From positions 7,378,001 through 7,442,000 of the forward strand of contig OX597820.1 in assembly GCA_951406725.2 (NCBI GenBank): a stretch of DNA of 64,000 nt. Reading direction: 5' to 3'. The translations under genes and the position numbers were made by a program. The notes under the pieces are model-generated. The model saw only the letters and a list, made by a program, of their open reading frames with translations. It ran no database searches and was not told the origin of the DNA. This DNA is from Octopus vulgaris. Taxonomy: Eukaryota. This document shows positions 1-14,500 of this stretch, in pieces; positions within the stretch are counted from its first letter, which is position 1, and each line of letters begins with the position of its first letter.

Positions 1-199
1 CGTATATTTGTATATATATGCTATTTGTATATATATGTGGGTGTAAGGGCGTACATGTCTGTCTGTGACGTTGTGTCTCTATGTATTTGGCTATGTCTAC
101 CTGGATGTATATGTGAATATGTAAGTAAACACGAGTTCATGTGTGTGAGAGTGTGAAAGTGTATATTCGTATGTACGAATAAATGCATTTACACATTTA

Positions 200-2753
<2,554 letters not shown>

Positions 2754-4332
2754 TGTTTCTTTATTAGCCACACAGGGCTGCACACAGATAGAACAAATTA
2801 CAAGGTAGAGCTTTTCTTTTGAAGGTTTAAGAAAGAAAAAAAAAAAAAAAAAAAAGGAAGGGGGAGTTTCGATCAAAAGGGATCGTAAAAGGAGAGAAAG
2901 AGGACAAAAAAAGGGGGGTTTAAAAAAAAAAAGGGGGGAGGAAAAACAATTGATCAATAGGGATCGTTATCACAGAAATGTCAATATGAAGTGTAAAGGG
3001 GAGGACAGGTGAGGTTTACCCGTGCAAAGAAAAGCCTACGGAAAAGACCACGGTAACCTCGGTCAATGATGTCACATTTTATATTTCTTTTTTTTTTTTT
3101 TTTGCAAATAAGCAACTCTCTGTTTTCGATTTCTGGGTTCATAGGACTATGCTCAAGGTGGCTTCGTCATTCATACGTGCCATTCTTGCTACATTCACCC
3201 ATCTTTTTTTAAAACATTCGCTAGACAAAACTTGCCTTTCTACTCTCACTTTCCTTTTCAAGTGGTACTTGAAGAAGTTGATGAGAGATTGACCAGAGAG
3301 GAAAGTGTTTGTCTCCAATCCTTTCAGACGCGTCCACCAGATACATTCTTTCGCCATAGCCACAAGGATGATGAAAATAGCTCTTCCTTCCCGTTTGAAG
3401 GAAGGAGGCGTGACAATATTGACGATAGACTCAGCTGATAAACCGACTCGTCCCACACGTGACAGCAGTTGTTCGACATAAGCCCACAGGTCGGAAATTG
3501 TTGGACACTGAACGAGTGCGTGCAGAACGGTTTCGTCGCTCTGACCGCATCTCGGGCAGGTCGGCCCCGTGTTTCTCGAGCCGTGTCTGTAGAGCTTATC
3601 CCGAACGGGTAGCGCTTCTCGGTAGCACTGCCAGGCCAGGGATCTCTGGAAGTTGTCCATGGGCCCTGGTCCGAACGTCGTCCTGAACAGGCGGGTCAGG
3701 TACTCCTCGTCGACGTCCAGGTTCGCCCCGAGCTCGTCGTCGTACCTCCCCTCCACTAAACCCCTATAGAATGCTTTGGTTGTGTTGAAGTCACTTAAGG
3801 TCGACCCAGGACGGCAGAGTTGCTTGAGAGCAACGCGACACTCGCGGTGCCATTCGCCCTTCCTCGGCCTCTTTTTGATCCACGACTGCAGTTCGGTCAT
3901 GGAGACGAGCTGCGGGAAAGCGTGCCTCACAAACGGCGACCACACCTGTTCACCGTCGTCTACATAGAGCCAGAGATGCCGCAGTCTCAGCGCGTGTCTG
4001 CGCATCATCAACCACGGCATGCCCAGCCCTCCTTTTAACGGGTGTTGACAGCAAATGGATCGCCTGACCATCGGGACGCATCCTTTCCACAAGAAGCGAA
4101 AGAGATGCGTTGTAGTTTGGTGATGGTAGGGTCGGGACAAGGTACGACGGTCAGGCGGTAGTAGATGACGGACGCGATGTACGTGTTCGCCACCTCCGCT
4201 CGACCTTTTAGGGACAGTTTCCTCTCGGCCCATTGCCGGGCGAGAGTGACCACCCTACTCGTTATCTCGTTCCAGTTCTTCTCCACTTGGAGGTCCGGAC
4301 CAAACCAGACCCCGAGCAACTAGACCCCGAGC

Positions 4333-4334
<2 letters not shown>
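2754..4334 (-). mobile_element. 5'-truncated Tx1/L1-group non-LTR retrotransposon (ORF2 RT thumb + zf-RVT C-terminus + 3'UTR)
   Basis: Protein LGVWFG...WAERKLSLKGRAEVANTYIASVIYY (4035-4319) joins by one frameshift near 4100 to LFRFLWKG...KGGLGMP...CPRCGQSDETVLHALVQC, with the stop at 3139. The T-rich 3'UTR ends AATAAAGAAACA. (GATA)n flanks both sides. Confidence 0.92.
3139..4319 (-). pseudogene. Partial LINE ORF2 (reverse-transcriptase C-terminal region and CCHC zinc finger), 1-bp frameshift at ~4100
   Basis: Two overlapping ORFs reconstitute ...ITKLQRI/LFRFLWKG... The LS.KGR, GGLG and CxxC-x8-H-x4-C motifs are typical of L1/Tx1 ORF2. Confidence 0.88.
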
Positions 4335-4427
<93 letters not shown>

Positions 4428-4864
4428 GCAGATGTTTTTCAAATAGATACAAGGTCGGTGCTGCCAATAAATGCGATTTCACTGTTTAACTTTACCTTAA
4501 CGACTCCACAGTGAGAAAAACTTTTCGAACGAAACCCTACAATACATTCTATCTGATAATTTACTGATTCTATCAATCTAACAGCCTGGTATTTATAAGG
4601 ATTTAATTAGGGGTTTACGTAAAACGTAAATGATTTGATGATTAAGCGGCCTGAAAATAGTCCGGTCTTTAAATATTTTTTATATCATTATAAGTTTAGG
4701 GTTTTATCTCAAATATTTGGCTACAAGCATTTTACGGGTAACTTTTCGGGCATTTTTATGAAACTGTAAATTAAAGAAGGGTTTCAGTTGTTTAGAGAAG
4801 TAACTTCGCGTCAATTGTTGTCAATTTTATTCTTATATTACTTATTATGTAATATGTTATATTG

Positions 4865-5060
4865 GTTTCTAATTTTGGCACAAGGCCAGCAAATTCCGGA
4901 AAATGGGATAAGTGGATTGCTTCGACGCCAGTGGTCAACTTGTCCCTATTATATCGACCACGAAAGATTCAAAATCAAGGAATTTGAATTCGGACCGTAA
5001 AAATTGTTGAAACAGCGCTAAACATTTTGCCCAGCAGCCTAACTACTCTACTGGCTCGCC
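4865..5060 (-). mobile_element. Degenerate SINE-A (alternative A2 tail)
   Basis: Diverged reverse-complement match to the SINE-A head (…ctggctcgcc), central tcgac…gaaag and the ggcacaaggcc tail. Confidence 0.6.
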
Positions 5061-5244
5061 TTGTATGCATGTACATATATGTTTATAGAGATGTATGTAT
5101 GTATATGTGTATATATGTGTGTGCATGTACATATATGTTTATAGAGATGTATGTATGTATATGTGTATATATGTGTGCATGTATGTATGCCTTTCTCTCC
5201 TTTGTTGGTGTTGCAGAACATGTTGACCGACTGCTAGCCTTGTA

Positions 5245-5276
<32 letters not shown>

Positions 5277-5699
5277 TTTCTACAAAGAGGGTTAGTGAAG
5301 AAGAGACAGAGTGCTATATATATATATACAAATATATATATATAAATATACATATACGTACAGACATATATATATATATATACACACACATATAGATAGA
5401 TATATGTGTGTGTGTGTGTGTGTGTGCAATGTATATGTGTGTATGTGTTTGCAATTATACAGCTGTGTATGTATGGTGTGTGTGTTTATACAATGTGACG
5501 TCTCTATGTTTGGATTAGTGTATATGGCAAATACACAATACTAATTTGATGAGATTAGGTTGGCTTTCGGCCTGGACACAGAGTGGTGGGGGTAGCGAGG
5601 GAGGGAGGAGGAGGAACAGACGGTCGATGGCTGACCATCACAATGTATAAAGGTGATGGCAGTAGTGGGAGGGACATTATTGAATATGTGTTGATGATA

Positions 5700-6362
5700 G
5701 AGTTGGTGGTGGTGGTGGTTTTGGTGGTGGTGGTGGTTTTGGTGGTGGTGGTATTGGTGGTGTTGGTGGTTGTGGTGGTAGTCGTGGTGGTATTGGTGGT
5801 CGTGGTGGTAGTCGTGGTGGTGGTCGTGGTGGTGGTGTTGGTGTTGGTGGTGGTGGTGGTGGTGACAATTTTGGGTTAGCGGTTGTGATGATGTTTGTAG
5901 TGGTGGTGTTGGTAGCAGTGTCGTTCTCTAGTTAGTGGTAATAATAGTGGTGGTGGTGGTGGTGGTGCTATTGCTGCTTCTATTTTTACTACAGTTGCCG
6001 CTGCTGCTGCTGATGGTGATAAAGATCATACTGATGACAACAGTGACGAAGATGACGACGGCGACGACGACGACAACGGTGATGATGATGATGATGGTGT
6101 TGATGATGATGATGATGATGATGGTGTTGATGATGATGATGATGATGGTGTTGATGATGATGATGATGATGGTGTTGATGATGATGATGATGATGGTGTT
6201 GATGATGATGATGATGATGATGGGAGGTGATGATGATGATGATGTTGATGATGATGATGATGATGAATAATGATGAGGGTGGTGGTGATGATGATGATGG
6301 TGATGATGATGATGATGATGATGATGGTGATGGTGATGGTGATGATGGTGATGGTGATGATG

Positions 6363-6394
<32 letters not shown>

Positions 6395-6437
6395 GATGGT
6401 GATGGTGATGGTGATGATGGTGATGGTGATGATGATG

Positions 6438-6469
<32 letters not shown>

Positions 6470-6583
6470 GGTGGTGATGATGATGGTGATGATGATGATG
6501 GTGATGATGATGATGATGATGGTGGTGATGATGATGATGATGGTGGTGGTGATGATGATGAAATGATGATGATGATGATGATA

Positions 6584-6642
<59 letters not shown>

Positions 6643-6728
6643 GATGATGGTGGTGATGATGATGATGAAATGATGATGATGATGATGATAATGATGATGA
6701 TAATGATGATGATGATGATGATGATGAT
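5700..6728. repeat. Trinucleotide microsatellites (GGT)n then (GAT)n/(GGT)n mosaic
   Basis: Read directly. Poly-V, -M, -D and -P ORFs appear in multiple frames. Confidence 0.95.
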
Positions 6729-7034
6729 TACAATGCGTCAGATGTTATTTTCTGTGGTGAACCCGAATAAAAGGGACGTCCATAACAGCAAGGGCACTTA
6801 AATTACTCTCAGGTATATATTACGGGCAGCAATTGTCCCAGGGAGCTGCATTTCAAAAGACATGATTGAAACAAAAGGGGGAGGGGGAGGAAGAGGAGAG
6901 ATTTTGCTATTGTAAGGTGGATCGGTAGTTGGTGCTGCGTGGGTTCACCGCTGGGTTATCCACTGGAGAGAAGAAGTAACGTGCAAGTTGTCTTGGGTAG
7001 CACCTATGTCTGTCTGGGTGGGTCATATATATTG

Positions 7035-7265
7035 GGCGGCGAGCTGGTAGAAACGTTAGCACGCCGGGCGAAATGCTTTGTGGTATTTCGTCCGCCACTG
7101 CGTTCTGAGTTCAAATTCCGCCGAGGTCGACTTTGCCTTTCATCCTTTCGAGGTCGATAAATAAAGTACCAGTTACTCACTGGAGTCGATGTTGTCGACA
7201 TAATCCCTTTGTCTGTCCTTGTTTGTCTCCTCTATATTTAGCCCCTTGTGGGCAGTAAAGAAATA
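7035..7265 (+). mobile_element. SINE-A: tRNA-derived head, Deu/Nin-like central domain, A1 (Tx1-like) tail
   Basis: Head ggcggcgagctgg, B-box-like gagttcaaattcc, core gaggtcgactttgcctttcatcctttcgaggtcgataaa, tail agccccttgtgggcagtaaagaaata. Multiple copies occur in the window. Confidence 0.9.
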
Positions 7266-8490
7266 TATATATACAAGGGTAATCCCAAAAGTACACACAC
7301 ACACACACAAACCATGCTTCTGCAGACATACAGTTTGCTTTCCAACCATGTGGTTTGGGGTTAAGTCCTACACAGTACCTTGGCGAAATGCCTTCTTGTA
7401 TGGCATTTGGGACTGACCAAAGGCACTTACTACAATGACGCTGTCGCAGATCTGGATTTCTTAAGATTTTCCACACACACACATTCAAAGCTTAGTCTAA
7501 CATGCTGTCATCAGACTTAATTACTTCGGCTTCTGAAGCCTGTTCTTGGTAGAAGACGTTCATTTGATCATAGGAGCAACGTAGTTGGGGAAGTTCGTTG
7601 AGTTTGGGTAGCAAGGAGAAAGAAATGGTCGAGCGAGAAGGAATAAAGAGAAAATGAAGACGGTAAAAGGATATCGGAGTGGAAAAGGAGTGGAAGTAAC
7701 AATCTTTCGACGAAGCTGTTTGCGTCGTTTAATAGAAATTGCTATTTGATTACAGGTAAGGTGTTCTCATTTGCTTTTTGTTAGTTCAGTCAGGTGTTTA
7801 TGGAAAGTTACCTGCTCGTAGTTAAAATTGTGTGGGAGTTCATGAGATAGAAACATAAGACTCCAATTACTAATACATTTGGATTCTACAAAAACATTTG
7901 TATTCTGCTGCGATTCTTGTTACATAATTCATTCAGAATCTACAAAAAGAAATGTATTTGGATGTTTATAATATATTAGAACAAGAAATAAAAAAAAACC
8001 CAGTTGCATCATGCTCCGTTTGTGACTATCAGTAGATTTAGAATTTGAAATGGTAAAACTATTTGCAATCTGCGGCATTTGTAAAGAATGTTACATTTGG
8101 ACACTCTGCTGTTTTGTGACTTTATTTGCATTTATAAACAAATAAAAACAAGAATGATTCATCTGAATCTGCGGTTACACTTACACATGGATTCCCCCAA
8201 AGCAATTCGATTCTTATTCTGCTGCTGTTGCTGCTTCTATTACTACAGTTGGAATCAACAAAAAACAATTGCATTCTACAGCTTTTTCTTTAAACTAAGG
8301 ATGCAGTTGGAAGCTGCGAAAATAATTCTATTCTACTATAAGTACAATTGGGTTCTGCTACGGTTTCTGTGACTACAGCTTTGGCTCTGCAAAAACATTT
8401 GCGCTCTTCTACTTTTATGAACTCATTTACCTGTGGAATCTGCATCGACAATTGTTTTCCGCTGGAACTACAGATGAAATCTAAATAAAC

Positions 8491-8910
8491 AGGCGCAGGA
8501 GTGGCTGTGTGGTAAGTAGCTTGCTTACCAACCACATGGTTCCGGGTTCAGTCCCACTGCGTGGAATCTTGGGCAAGTGTCTTCTGCTATAGCCCCGGGC
8601 CGACCAATGCCTTGTGAGTGGATTTCGTTGAAGGAAACTGAAAGAAGCCTGTCGTATATATGTATATATATATATAAAATATATATATATATATGTGTGT
8701 GTATGTGTTTGTGTGTCTGTGTTTGTCCCCCCACCATCGCTTGACAACCGATGCTGGTGTGTTTACGTCCCCGTCACTTAGCGGTTCGGCAAAAACAGAC
8801 CGATAGAATAAGTACTGGGCTAACAAAGAATAAGTCCCGGGGTTGATTTGCTCGGCAAAAGGCGGTGCTCCAGCATGGCCGCAGTCAAATGACTGAAACA
8901 AGTAAAAGAG
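8491..8910 (+). mobile_element. SINE-B: tRNA head, CORE-like domain, internal TA/TG microsatellite, (AAAAGAGT)n tail; inserted in the tandem array
   Basis: aggcgcaggagtggctgtgtggtaag…ggttcagtccc…cttgggcaagtgtctt…gactgaaacaagtaaaagag. More than 10 copies in the window. Confidence 0.9.
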
Positions 8911-11171
8911 TTGTATCCTTCAGCATAAATGCCTGCAGTTACTGTGGGATTCTACAAAAGAATTTGGACACAGCTACATTTCTGAACTCATATTTGGACT
9001 CTACAAAAATATTTGACTTCTACAGTTTTTGCAACGAGATTGAAATTTGGAAACAGTTTTATTCAGCTATGACATCTATTAGAATCCACAAGAACATTTA
9101 TATCCTAGTTTAATACATTTCGAATCTATACCAATAATTGTATTATGATGCTTTGGCGACTGTAGTGTGTATTGTAATCTACAAGAACATATTTATTCTA
9201 CTGCACTGGTGACTTCGAGATGAAAATTAAAACCAGTTGTATTCTGCAGCCAATACGAGTTGTAAACTCCTTAAACAATTGTAATCTAATGTAACTACAC
9301 TTGAAATGCATATAAAGGACTCTATTGCATTTGTGATTGATGTTACGTTTGGAATTCATAAAAACTCTCGTAGTTTGCAACGATCGTCACCGCTATTATA
9401 GTTGGAATCTGGGGAGAAAATATTTATATTTTGTTACATTCGTAAATCGAGTCACATTGGAAATCTACGATTGCAATTGTACTCTGCTGCATTGGTGGAT
9501 TTGGTGATATTTCTCATCTCCAAAAACAAGTTTGTTCTGCTGCATTTGAAATCCCAAAGCACAAAATATATATCGAAGCATTTGTTACCACAGCTCCAGT
9601 TGAAATCTAGGACAACTATTGCAATCTGCTGCATTTGCGATCATTTCTATGTGGAATCTACAAGAGAAATTGCAATCTGGGACACATTTGCAAGAGGAAG
9701 CTGCAAAAGCAAAGATAGCCTCGTGCTGCTTTCGCAAATGTATTTTGCTTGTGGAACTTACAGACACAATTGTATTCTTCGCATTTTTTTGTATGTAGTT
9801 ACATTGGGTATCTACAAAAACAATTGTATTCTGCAACGTTCATGAATTTATTTACACTTTGAGTCTACAAAAACCAGTGCATTCTGCTACTTTTATGAAT
9901 ACATTCACATCTGGAATCTACAGAAATAACGGTCTCCTGTTAGTCCTATGAATGTAATTCTAATTGGAACCTGCAATGCCAACTGTCTTCTATTTTTTAT
10001 GAATGGAGATTATTGAAATCTCAAAAGCATATGTATTAAACTACTTTGGTGAATGTATTTTTGTTTGCGATCTACTAAAGAATTACGATAACATTTCGAA
10101 ATTTTTCTAAAAAATTTACGTTCGTAGTTTTTTGAATGCATTTAAATATGGACTCTATAAAATCAGTTGTATTCTGCAATAGTTACGAAGTAATTACATT
10201 TGAATTTACAAACACATTTAGAATCTACTAACCTCAATTACTATTCTGTTTTTGAAACTACAGTCGAAAGCTACAAATACATATGAATACAATCTGCTTT
10301 GTTAGTGTTTTTATATTTCGAATCTACAAAAGAAGTTGTACTCCGCCCACTTTGGGAATGGTTTTAGGTTCGGAATCTACAACACACAATTGTATTCTGT
10401 TACTTTTACTCATGGATTTACACTTGGTAAATACAAAAACAAATACATTCTGCTACTTTTTTGAATGTATTTATATCTGGAATCTACAAAGCTACTTGCT
10501 TTCCTCTAATTCTATGAAAAGATTTATATTTAGAATATGCAAAATCTAACGTAGTCTGATGCATCTTTTAGACATTTTTATTTGGAATCTAAAAAACAAC
10601 AACTGTATTCTGCTACAATTGTGAATGCAAATAAACTTTTGTAATCTGCTTGTAGAAAAGTATTATTCTGCTTTTGCGACTACATTTGGAATCTACAAAA
10701 CCAGTTATATTCTGTTACATTTATCAATTTCATTTACATTTGGAATTTATGAAAAACATTTTTTTTTCTACTTCTTTTGTGAATGCATTTATAGTTGAAA
10801 TCTACAAGAAAAGGATTTTATGCCACTGCATTCGCGGTTAGATTTGGTGCTAGATTCCAATTGCATTCTGCTACATTTAGGAAAACATTTTACATTTGGG
10901 AAACTTTGGGAAACGCATTTCTGATTGGAATCTACGAAGACAGTTGTATCCTCTTACATTTTATGTATATATTATTAGGAATCTACAAAAGCAATTGTTT
11001 ACATGGGAATATGGAACCACAGTTCTGTTCAGCTCATAATGTGAATGTGTTTATATTTGTAATCTACAAACACAATTTTATTCTGCAACTTTCGTGAATG
11101 AATTTGCATTTGGCTCTCCAAAAACAGGAATAACCTGCTACTTGTTTGAATGCGTTAGCATTAAGTTTCTC

Positions 11172-11585
11172 ATTTCTTTACTACCCACAATGGGCTAAAC
11201 ATAGAGGGGACAAACAAGGACAAACAAACGGATTAATTCGATTACATCGACCCCAGTGCGTAACTGGTACTTGATTTATCAGCCCCGAAAGGATGAAAGG
11301 CAAAGTTGAACTCGGCGGAATTTGAACTCAGAATGTAACGGCAGACAAAATACCTATTTCTTTATTACCCACAAGGGGCTAAACACAGAGAGGACAAACA
11401 AGGACAGACAAACGGATTAAGTCGATTACATCGACCCCAGTGCATAACTGGTACTTAATTTATCGACCCCAAAAGGATGAAAGGCAAAGTCGACCTCGGC
11501 CGAATTTGAACTCAGAACGTAACAGCAGACGAAAAAACCGCTAAGCATTTCGCCCGGCGTGCTAACGTTTCTGCTAGTTCGCCGC
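11172..11585 (-). mobile_element. SINE-A dimer (full copy 11355-11585 followed by headless copy 11172-11354) inside the tandem array
   Basis: Two SINE-A bodies and tails in tandem. An imperfect 17-bp direct repeat flanks them (11154-11170 and 11589-11605). Confidence 0.9.
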
Positions 11586-14500
11586 TTTGTTAACATCTAG
11601 TTTCTACTAAAACAGTTCCAATCTTCTGCTTTTGTAACTGCATTGGGAAGTTAGAAAAACATGAATTCTGCTCTTCCTTTTGTGAATGCATTTCTGTAGC
11701 AAATCTAACAAAACAATTGTGTTATGCTATCCTTATTCTGCAAATCCAGAAATACTTTTATTTGGAAACTAAAAAAGCAGTTGTATTCTGCTACATTTGC
11801 GAGTTCATGTATATTTGGAATCTACAAAACCTATTGCATTCTGAGACTGTTCAAATGCAGATTTGGAATCTGCAAAAACAAACTTATATCTTACATATTT
11901 TCTGAATGCATTAACTATTGAAATCTACAAGAACTGTTACACTCGACTACGTTTATGCATGTTTCTACATTTAGAGAATATATAATACAATTGTATTCTG
12001 TTTCTCTTAAGAATGCATTTCCATTTGCCGCCTGCAAACGCAATTCTGTACCACTGTTTGTCTGAATGCATTGTTATTTGATATCTATTACATATATTTC
12101 ACTTCTGTGAATGCATCTAGATTCGGTATCTGCTAAAACAATTGTATTCAGTTCCTATCTCTAATGCATTTACAATTCAAAACTGTGAATGCATTTAATT
12201 TAGAATCTACAAACACAATTGCTTTCTGCTACACTTGCAAATGCATTATATATGGAATATTCTACAACTTTTGTGTAACTATTTGTATTTTAAATCTGCA
12301 CAAGCAATTGTTATGTAATCCTCTGCTTTTGCGAAAACTTGTGGAACCTGCAAAACAAGTCTATTTCGCTTCTTTTGTGAATGCATTTATATTTAGATTC
12401 TGCAAAAACGGTTGCATTCTTTTGCTTCTATAAATACATTTACTTGTGGTATCTACAAAACAATTGTATTCTTCTAAATTTTAAAACGTATTTTTATTTG
12501 GAATTTACCAAAACAGTTATATTCTACGACATCTCTGAAAGCATTCATTTTGAAATTAACACAGATATTTCTATTCTCCGAATATTATGAATGCATTTAC
12601 GCATGGAATATTACTAAAAAAAACAAAACAATTCTACTCTGCTGCTTTTGTGAACATGTATATATCTATAGTCTAAAAGAATGGTATTCTACTCCTTTTG
12701 TGAATGCATTTTAGTTAGAATCTACATAAAACATTGCTACTTCTGTGGATGCAACTATATTTGGAATCTTCCAAAACTGTTATAGGAATGCATTTGCTGT
12801 TGGAATCTGCGAAAACAACACTACTCAGCTAATTTTGTGAATGCGTTTATGTCTGTCATGTGCAAAAAAAAATGTATTCCGTTGCATTTATGAAAGCATC
12901 TACGTTCGGATTAGCCACAAACAACTGCCCGGGTGCACCTTTTGCAAATGCAATTAGTTTGGGAATCATCAAAAACAAAGTCATTCTGCTAATTTTGCGA
13001 ATGCATTAACATTTGGAACTTACAAAACCAATTGTATTCCGTTCTTTTTTGAATTCATTTATATTTAGAATCTACATCCATTGTATTCCGTTGTATATAT
13101 GTGAATGCCTTTACGTTTAGTATCTACAAAAGCAATTGGATTCTCTTAATTTTGTGAATGTATTTCAATTTCGAATGCACGAAAGCAATTCAATTACTCT
13201 CCTTCTGCGACTGCATTCGGAATGTACAAATAAATTTTACTGTACTAGTTTTGTGGACACTTTTAATTTTGGAAAATACCCCAACAAATGTATTCACCTG
13301 CTTTTGAGTTAATATATGTAAAACTGCCAAAGTATTTCCACTCAGCTCCATTTGTGAATGCATTTACAGCTGGAATCCACAGAATCAATTGCACTCTATT
13401 ACTGTCGTGAATGCGCAACTATTTTTGTAAACTGCAAAACATTTGCATTCCTAAGCTTTTGGGACTGCATCTAAAGACTGCAAAAAGCCATGGTATTCTG
13501 CTACTTATGCGACTGCTTGAATTTTACAATTTCTATTGTGTTCTGCTACTACTCTAAAAGCATTTCCATTTGGATAATACAAAATTAATTCTGTCCTTCT
13601 GTTTTTAAGAATGTATTTATATTTGAAAAATACAAAAACAATTTTATTGCGCTTTTTAATGAATGCACTTTACATGGAAACTACATAAACAATTGTATTC
13701 AGCTCCTTTTACGAATGTTTTTTAGATTTGGAATCTACAAACACTTTTGTATTCCAGGAACTATGTAAATACATTTTGATTTGTAATTTGCAGAAACAGG
13801 TATATTCCTCTGATTTTACGATTACATTTGCAATCTACAAAATTAATTGCACTCTGCTAAATGTGTGAATGCAGTCACATTTCGAATCTACTAATACAAC
13901 TGCTTTTTCTGCCTTTGCGAGTACATTTGTAATCTACAAACCAACTGTTTTCTGCTCGTTTTGTGAATGAATATATTTTGGTAATTTCTAATAATAATTT
14001 GTTTTTTCTACAACTTCTATGGCACGTTTGCATTTGTGATTTACAAAAACAATTGTATCATATTTTGGAATTTACAAGAACATTTTATTGAACTACTTTT
14101 ATGAATGCTTTTGCATTTGGAATCTACAAAAAGAATTGTATTTTCTACGTTTGTGCGTGCATTTTCATTTGTATCTACGAAAACAATGGTTTTCCTCTGC
14201 TGTTGCGACTATATTTCGGATCCAAAAAGAAAAACGATTGCATGAATACATTTTCATTTGGCGACTATTAAACCAATCGCATTCTACTTTTGCAACTATT
14301 ATTATATTAGTAATTTACACAAAGAATTAATTTCTACTACACTTGTGGCTATATTCCCTCGCAGAAACGTAGAAAAAGAACTACAACTTGCTGTTTTTTT
14401 TTTTTTTTTGCTACAACTAAAATTTACAAAATACTACTCTTCTCCCATTTTCTGTGACTACAACCGGGAGTCTACAAAACAATTCTTTTCTGCTGAATTT

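Noticed and set aside
5583-6673. Poly-V, poly-P, poly-M and poly-D ORFs resembling acidic biomineralisation proteins
   Set aside because: These are trinucleotide microsatellites with no codon variation or unique flanking coding sequence.
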